Made by a program: the position numbers and the translations under genes. Below, in pieces: positions 27,003 through 32,000 of a stretch of DNA of 32,000 nucleotides. Below the pieces are notes generated by a model. It was not told where the DNA came from, did no database searches, and was given only the letters and a program-made list of their open reading frames with translations. Location: NCBI RefSeq assembly GCF_000392435.1, contig NC_021219.1:720001-752000 (forward strand). The letters are read 5' to 3'. This stretch comes from Candidatus Saccharimonas aalborgensis. GTDB taxonomy: Bacteria > Patescibacteriota > Saccharimonadia > Saccharimonadales > Saccharimonadaceae. Each line of letters starts with the position of its first letter. Position 1 is the stretch's first letter.

Positions 27003-27743
27003 ATGGCGCCAATCTTGGTAGTAAAAGTCGGTACAAGCACTTTATTGTCTCGACATGAAGCGCCGATGGGTACCTTTGAGGTGATTGCAAATAGCATAAT
27101 CTCACTAAGGGAACGGTATAGAATTGTCTTGGTCACTTCGGGAGCAATCGGTTTTGGCGTCGTGCAGGCTGGTATTGGTATGCGCCCAACAGAGATAGCA
27201 AAGCTCCAGGCACTTTCGATGATGGGGCAGGTGGGCTTACTGAGGAGATGGCGTGAGGCATTTGACCCTCTGGCAATAGGCCAAGTGCTGGTGACGCGTG
27301 CTGACCTTGAGCGTCAGGCGTCGTCAGATAGCTTTCGTCAGAGTGTAGGGCAACTATGGGAGTATGGAGCCATACCAATTCTCAATGAAAATGATGCGGT
27401 GAGTAATGACGAAATCAGCTTTGGCGACAACGATCAGTTGGCGGCCGAGGTTGCAGTTGCGATTGGTGCGCAGCATCTCATATTGCTGACAGACCAGGAC
27501 GGTATTCGAAGCGATTTTGGCACCATGAGCGAGCAGCGTATCCCGGAGATTTCGGTAGAAGACGTAGGCAAACATCTTACGACTGCGGGCTCACCAGTGG
27601 GAAAAGGTGGTGCATTGAGCAAGGTCCAGGCGGCGCGTATTGCACTTGAGGTCGGTATAGAGGTAGTGATCGCTCACGCAGCCTCTCCGAATTCAATCCA
27701 GGATGCCCTCGCTGGCAAAATTGGCACGAAGCTAGTACAATGA
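27003..27743 (+). CDS. proB: Glutamate 5-kinase, kinase domain only
   Basis: VVKVGTSTLL, VTSGAIGFG, ILNENDAVSNDEISFGDNDQLAAEVA, GGALSKVQAARIA. No C-terminal PUA domain. Confidence 0.88.
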   Translation: MAPILVVKVGTSTLLSRHEAPMGTFEVIANSIISLRERYRIVLVTSGAIGFGVVQAGIGMRPTEIAKLQALSMMGQVGLLRRWREAFDPLAIGQVLVTRADLERQASSDSFRQSVGQLWEYGAIPILNENDAVSNDEISFGDNDQLAAEVAVAIGAQHLILLTDQDGIRSDFGTMSEQRIPEISVEDVGKHLTTAGSPVGKGGALSKVQAARIALEVGIEVVIAHAASPNSIQDALAGKIGTKLVQ

Positions 27744-27752
27744 AAGCCACAT

Positions 27753-28994
27753 ATGAGATTGTCGCATAATTTTACTCGGACTCTTAAGGACGTGCCCGCA
27801 GATGAGGTGTCGCGAAATGCTCAATTACTCATTCGCGCCGGCTATGTGTATAAGGTAATGGCGGGCGTCTATGCCTACACACCGCTTGGTATTAAAGTAC
27901 TCGAGAATATCAAGCAAGTTGTACGTGAGGAGATGAATGCTATCGGTAGCCAAGAGATCATCATGAGCAGCCTGCAGCGAAAAGAGACCTGGGAAGTAAC
28001 CGACCGATGGGATGACAAAAAGGTTGATGTGTGGTTTAAGTCAGCGCTTCAGGATGGTACAGAAGTAGGGTTTGGCTGGTCACACGAAGAAGCAATCCTC
28101 GAGATGATGCGTCAGTACATCAAGAGCTACAAAGACCTACCCGTGTCGGTGTATCAGATACAGACCAAGTTACGAAACGAATTGCGTGCCAAGAGCGGTA
28201 TTATGCGCGGACGGGAATTTATCATGAAGGACATGTACTCTCTCCATGCCACTGAAGCGGACTGTGATGCGTACTACGAGCGTGCTATTGCGGCATATAA
28301 GCGGGTCTATGAGCGGCTAGGGATAGGCGAGGACACCTTTATTACCTTTGCAAGTGGTGGTGCATTTACAACGTTTAGCCATGAGTTTCAGACGATTTGT
28401 GAAGCGGGCGAGGACACCCTCTTCGTGAATGAAAGTCATACCGTGGCGGTCAACGAGGAGGTGCTGGATGATGCCACGAGGGAGCTAGGAATTGATAAGG
28501 AATCTCTTGTGCCAGTGGTGAGCGCCGAATCAGGCAATATTTTCAAATTTGGCACCGAAAAAGCCGAAAAGATGAAACTATACTTTACCGGCGAAGACGG
28601 TGAACAGCATCCTGTCTACCTGGCTTCATACGGTATTGGCATCACACGCGCGATGGGTGTAATTGTTGAGAAGTTTGCAGACGATAAAGGGATTGTTTGG
28701 CCAACGTCGGTCGCTCCCGCACTTGTCTATCTTGTGCAGATCGGCCAGCAGCAGTCACTGCGGCATGCCAATAGTCTTTATGATGAGCTGATGTCCCAGG
28801 GTATAGAGGTAATGTATGATGATCGCGATGAACGTCCAGGTGCTAAATTTGCCGATAGCGAATTGATGGGTATCCCGTATCGTGTTACCGTCAGTGATCG
28901 ACTAATATCCGATGAAAAATACGAATTTACCTCGAGAAAAACCGGTGAAACCGAACTATTGACGCGTGACGAATTACTTGCTAGACTTAGGTAA
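27753..28994 (+). CDS. proS: Prolyl-tRNA synthetase lacking the INS editing domain
   Basis: SSLQRKETWEVTDRW, GFGWSHEEAI, KLRNELRAKSGIMRGREFIMKDMYSLH, ASYGIGITRAMGVIVEKFAD. 413 aa. Confidence 0.93.
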   Translation: MRLSHNFTRTLKDVPADEVSRNAQLLIRAGYVYKVMAGVYAYTPLGIKVLENIKQVVREEMNAIGSQEIIMSSLQRKETWEVTDRWDDKKVDVWFKSALQDGTEVGFGWSHEEAILEMMRQYIKSYKDLPVSVYQIQTKLRNELRAKSGIMRGREFIMKDMYSLHATEADCDAYYERAIAAYKRVYERLGIGEDTFITFASGGAFTTFSHEFQTICEAGEDTLFVNESHTVAVNEEVLDDATRELGIDKESLVPVVSAESGNIFKFGTEKAEKMKLYFTGEDGEQHPVYLASYGIGITRAMGVIVEKFADDKGIVWPTSVAPALVYLVQIGQQQSLRHANSLYDELMSQGIEVMYDDRDERPGAKFADSELMGIPYRVTVSDRLISDEKYEFTSRKTGETELLTRDELLARLR

Positions 28995-29080
28995 TTCGAG
29001 ATCGTCTTACGGAGGGGTAACAACGCTAATCAAGAGGATTAGGTCCTTCCACGGGGCTCGAAATTAGAGGTATTACAAGT

Positions 29081-29536
29081 ATGAAAAAAGCATATCAGAT
29101 TACAGAAGCTGGCCGCAAAGAACTCGAGGCAGAACTCGCTGAACTTAAGAGTCGTCGTGGTGATATTGCGGCGAAGATTGCCGAAGCGCGTGACTACGGT
29201 GATTTAAGTGAAAATGCAGAGTATGATAGCGCGCGTGAAGAGCAAGGTCTTGTCGAAACGCGTGTTGCGGAGATCGAAGATATTCTCATGAACGCCGAAG
29301 AGATCAAGTCCCGGAAGTCCAGCAAGATTCAGTTGGGGAGCACCGTTGAGCTCAAGACGGGGGCAAAAAAGTTTAGCTATACCCTGGTCGGTCCTGTTGA
29401 AGCAGATCCGCTGAGCGGCAAAATTAGCAACGAGTCGCCCATCGGTGTTGCATTGCTTGGTAAGGTCGTTGGCGACAAGGCCACCATCACTACACCAAAG
29501 GGTGATACTACCTACACCATCGTCTCGATAGCATAA
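29081..29536 (+). CDS. greA: Transcription elongation factor GreA
   Basis: IAEARDYGDLSENAEYDSAREEQGLVETR, plus C-terminal FKBP-like domain. Confidence 0.95.
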   Translation: MKKAYQITEAGRKELEAELAELKSRRGDIAAKIAEARDYGDLSENAEYDSAREEQGLVETRVAEIEDILMNAEEIKSRKSSKIQLGSTVELKTGAKKFSYTLVGPVEADPLSGKISNESPIGVALLGKVVGDKATITTPKGDTTYTIVSIA

Positions 29537-29554
29537 GCGATGTCCTTTCAGTAT

Positions 29555-29590
29555 ACAATATTCCACATATAGTGGGATATTGTTTATTTT
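29555..29590 (+). terminator. Rho-independent terminator after greA
   Basis: ACAATATTCCAC-ATATA-GTGGGATATTGT (one G-U), then TTATTTT. Confidence 0.85.
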
Positions 29591-29747
29591 ACATACAAAA
29601 AACACTAGCGCTAGCGTAATAAGGTTGGTACTATGAAGGTAAGTTCGCTTTTTGGGAGGCGGCTCAGCAAAATTACAAACGAGGGTAGACAAAGCTGTGG
29701 GCGTGAGGGCAAGCATCTTGTCAATCTTTTTAAAATAGGGGAGAAAT

Positions 29748-31031
29748 ATGGCAGAAAGAATAGGCAAGACACAGGAAGTTTTGCATGATGACGGTAATGT
29801 GGCAACTGAGTTTGTCGCGGGCGCCGAACAAGCACCGCAGCCTGTCGTCGACACTGCACAGGAGTTCTTGAGGGCTGCAGGAGTTGATCCGAGCAGAGTA
29901 AACTATTCTGTTCACCTCAAACCTGTCGAGACGAAAGATGACGATGGTAATGTTGTTGGTACAACCTACAAGGCCACGAGCGGCTGGGCAAAATCAACTC
30001 GTCCCGCTAAAGGTGATGCTGAGCGTGAGCTACTCGAAACCTACGCTCACTATACAACGCCCCCGTCACCACGCATTAGTCCCGTTCGCACTAGTAGCTA
30101 CCGCACCGGCAAAAGGGATAAGATTGGTGTTATCCTTCCTGATACTCAGTTTGGTTATCGCTATGTAGACGGCATTTATGTGCCCATTCATGATCCTCGT
30201 GCCCTCAACGTTGCGCGTCAGGTAATCCGCTGCATTGGCACCGAACTCGACCTCGTTGTTCATGTTGGCGATGCGCTCGACTACCCCCATTTCGGCAAAC
30301 ATGATGATGATCCTGCGACCTGGAATACTACTCAAAAAACAAATGCGGACTTCCAGCGGGAAGTTACTGCTGGTGCAATGCGCGCTGATGCGCCAAATGC
30401 AAAAAGTGTATGGCTCGAGGGAAATCACGAGAAGCGTCGCCGTGTGTATGTGGAAGATAAGGCACCTCACCTTGTCGGTGAGCGAGTTGTCAACCCGGAT
30501 GGTTCCCCAGGTGAGTTGGCCCTATCTTTGGCAAATGTATTCAGTTTAGGGAAGCTTGGTATCGATTACATCGAGGGCTATCCCAATAACTGGTACCGCA
30601 TCAATGACCGACTCATGGTAATTCATGGCAGCCAATCAAACGTAAAGGGGAGTACTGTGCACGGCATACTGCATAACACGGCGCATCCCTCGATGTCTGT
30701 CATTAGCGGCCATACGCATCGAGCTGAAAAGGCCACCAAGACGATATACCTACCCGACGGAACACCACGAACTGTTCAAGCCGAATCATTTGGTACGTTG
30801 GCAGACATTCGTGGAGCGGTGCCGGCTGGCAATATGGGACGCACTATGGATAATCTTCACACCGAAAGCTTACCAAACTGGCAGCAGGGCTTAGGAATTG
30901 TCTATTACCGTGAAGGTGATGCACCGTTTAAGACCGAATTTGTGCCAATTCATACCTTTGATGGCCATGAAGCACTGTTTGATGGTAAGGTATTTACTCC
31001 AACGGTCGACGAGTACGGCAACCCACTATAA
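29748..31031 (+). CDS. Calcineurin-like metallophosphoesterase, phage-like
   Basis: GVILPDTQFGY, VVHVGDALDY, VWLEGNHEKRRR, MSVISGHTHR. Confidence 0.82.
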   Translation: MAERIGKTQEVLHDDGNVATEFVAGAEQAPQPVVDTAQEFLRAAGVDPSRVNYSVHLKPVETKDDDGNVVGTTYKATSGWAKSTRPAKGDAERELLETYAHYTTPPSPRISPVRTSSYRTGKRDKIGVILPDTQFGYRYVDGIYVPIHDPRALNVARQVIRCIGTELDLVVHVGDALDYPHFGKHDDDPATWNTTQKTNADFQREVTAGAMRADAPNAKSVWLEGNHEKRRRVYVEDKAPHLVGERVVNPDGSPGELALSLANVFSLGKLGIDYIEGYPNNWYRINDRLMVIHGSQSNVKGSTVHGILHNTAHPSMSVISGHTHRAEKATKTIYLPDGTPRTVQAESFGTLADIRGAVPAGNMGRTMDNLHTESLPNWQQGLGIVYYREGDAPFKTEFVPIHTFDGHEALFDGKVFTPTVDEYGNPL

Positions 31032-31046
31032 CCAGAGACTACAGTC

Positions 31047-31055
31047 TGATATACT
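31047..31055 (+). promoter_or_regulatory. Extended -10 promoter upstream of lysS (TGA-TATACT)
   Basis: TGATATACT, 31 nt before the ATG at 31087. Confidence 0.5.
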
Positions 31056-31086
31056 GTACCTAGTAATTAACTAGTGGGACTACTTG

Positions 31087-32000
31087 ATGGCGACATTGAA
31101 GGAATTGCGCGATGAGCGCCTACGAAAATTAGATGATCTAAAAAAGCTAGGAGTCAACGCCTATCCTGCTGAGTCGGCGCGCACTCATACATGCCGCGAG
31201 GTAGCAGAACAGTTTGAGTCGCTCGAAGGCCAGACGGTCAAGGTCGTTGGTCGTTTGATCGGAACACGCAAATTTGGCAAACTGGCCTTTCTCGTGCTGC
31301 GTGATATGAGCGGCCAGGTGCAGCTATTTCTCAAAGCAGATACTATCGAACCACTCAATGCACCACTATCGCAGCTGGGCATGGATGAGTTAAACCTGCT
31401 AGATCCAGGTGATTTCGTCGAAGCAGAAGGAGTCGTTATCCGCACACAGACGGGTGAAGTGAGTGTCGATGTACGGAAATTTCGTCTTCTCACGAAATCA
31501 CTGCGACCGATGCCAACTGAGCAAGAGGGGTTTCGTGACAAAGAAGAGCGTTTTCGTCGTCGCTACGTCGACATGAACGTCAACCGCGACGTCCGTGAAC
31601 GATTTGTTCGCCGAAGTAAGTTTTGGCAGGCGACACGTAAGTTCCTCGATGATCATGGATTCTATGAGGTAAATGTTCCAGTCCTCGAGCATACGACGGG
31701 TGGAGCTGATGCAACGCCGTTTGTGACTCACATGGATGCGCTTGATCAGGATTTCTACTTACGGATTAGTCACGAACTTCCGCTCAAGCGGCTCCTCGGA
31801 GCTGGGTTCGAAAAAGTGTATGATGTTGGGCCGCGCTTCCGCAACGAGAATTATACTGATGAGCATCTGCCCGAGCACATTGCGATGGAATGGTACTGGG
31901 CGTATGCCAACTGGCAGGACGGCATGAAGTTCATGGAAGAGATGTATCGCTATGTTTTGTCAGAAACCTTTGGCACGTTGCAATTTGATATTCAGGGCAA
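31087..32000 (+). CDS. lysS: Lysyl-tRNA synthetase, class II (truncated by window end)
   Basis: OB fold (VKVVGRLIGTRKFGKLAFLVLRDMSGQVQLF), motif 1 area RRRYVDMNVNRDVRERFVRRSKF, GGADATPFVTH, VYDVGPRFRNEN. Absent from the supplied ORF track because no stop is reached. Confidence 0.93.
   Translation, partial: MATLKELRDERLRKLDDLKKLGVNAYPAESARTHTCREVAEQFESLEGQTVKVVGRLIGTRKFGKLAFLVLRDMSGQVQLFLKADTIEPLNAPLSQLGMDELNLLDPGDFVEAEGVVIRTQTGEVSVDVRKFRLLTKSLRPMPTEQEGFRDKEERFRRRYVDMNVNRDVRERFVRRSKFWQATRKFLDDHGFYEVNVPVLEHTTGGADATPFVTHMDALDQDFYLRISHELPLKRLLGAGFEKVYDVGPRFRNENYTDEHLPEHIAMEWYWAYANWQDGMKFMEEMYRYVLSETFGTLQFDIQG

Noticed and set aside
1-32000. CRISPR array, tandem repeats, transposon ends, toxin-antitoxin or restriction genes
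   Set aside because: Looked for and not seen; no regularly spaced direct repeats, transposase or nuclease motifs were found by eye.

Overview
The window is a compact, mostly + strand block of bacterial housekeeping genes. Gene content and order (map-ftsA-ftsZ-nrdR-like ... ileS ... galU-rplU ... parA-parB, lepB, LCP ... prmC/prfA/rpmE ... rpsB-tsf ... frr-uppS-rseP ... proB-proS-greA ... lysS) look like a reduced Candidatus Saccharibacteria/Patescibacteria-type genome; that lineage call is inference. I see no rRNA, tRNA, CRISPR array, transposase or integrase. The best second-look items are: (1) a T-box riboswitch upstream of ileS with a textbook 7-nt UGGUACC bulge and a possible strand-exchange switch on the Shine-Dalgarno (SD); (2) a two-gene accessory module at 19494-21607 whose first protein has a caspase/CHAT-like His-Gly...Ser-Ala-Cys signature; (3) an NrdR-like protein that has lost all four zinc-ribbon cysteines; (4) an IleRS whose HIGH motif reads HTGT; (5) a phage-like metallophosphoesterase cargo region between greA and lysS; (6) extended -10 promoters, some so close to the ATG that they imply leaderless or near-leaderless mRNAs; (7) lineage-specific proteins where conserved operon members would be expected (e.g. 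the pyrH position between tsf and frr). All functional calls come from motif recognition by eye; no database search was run.
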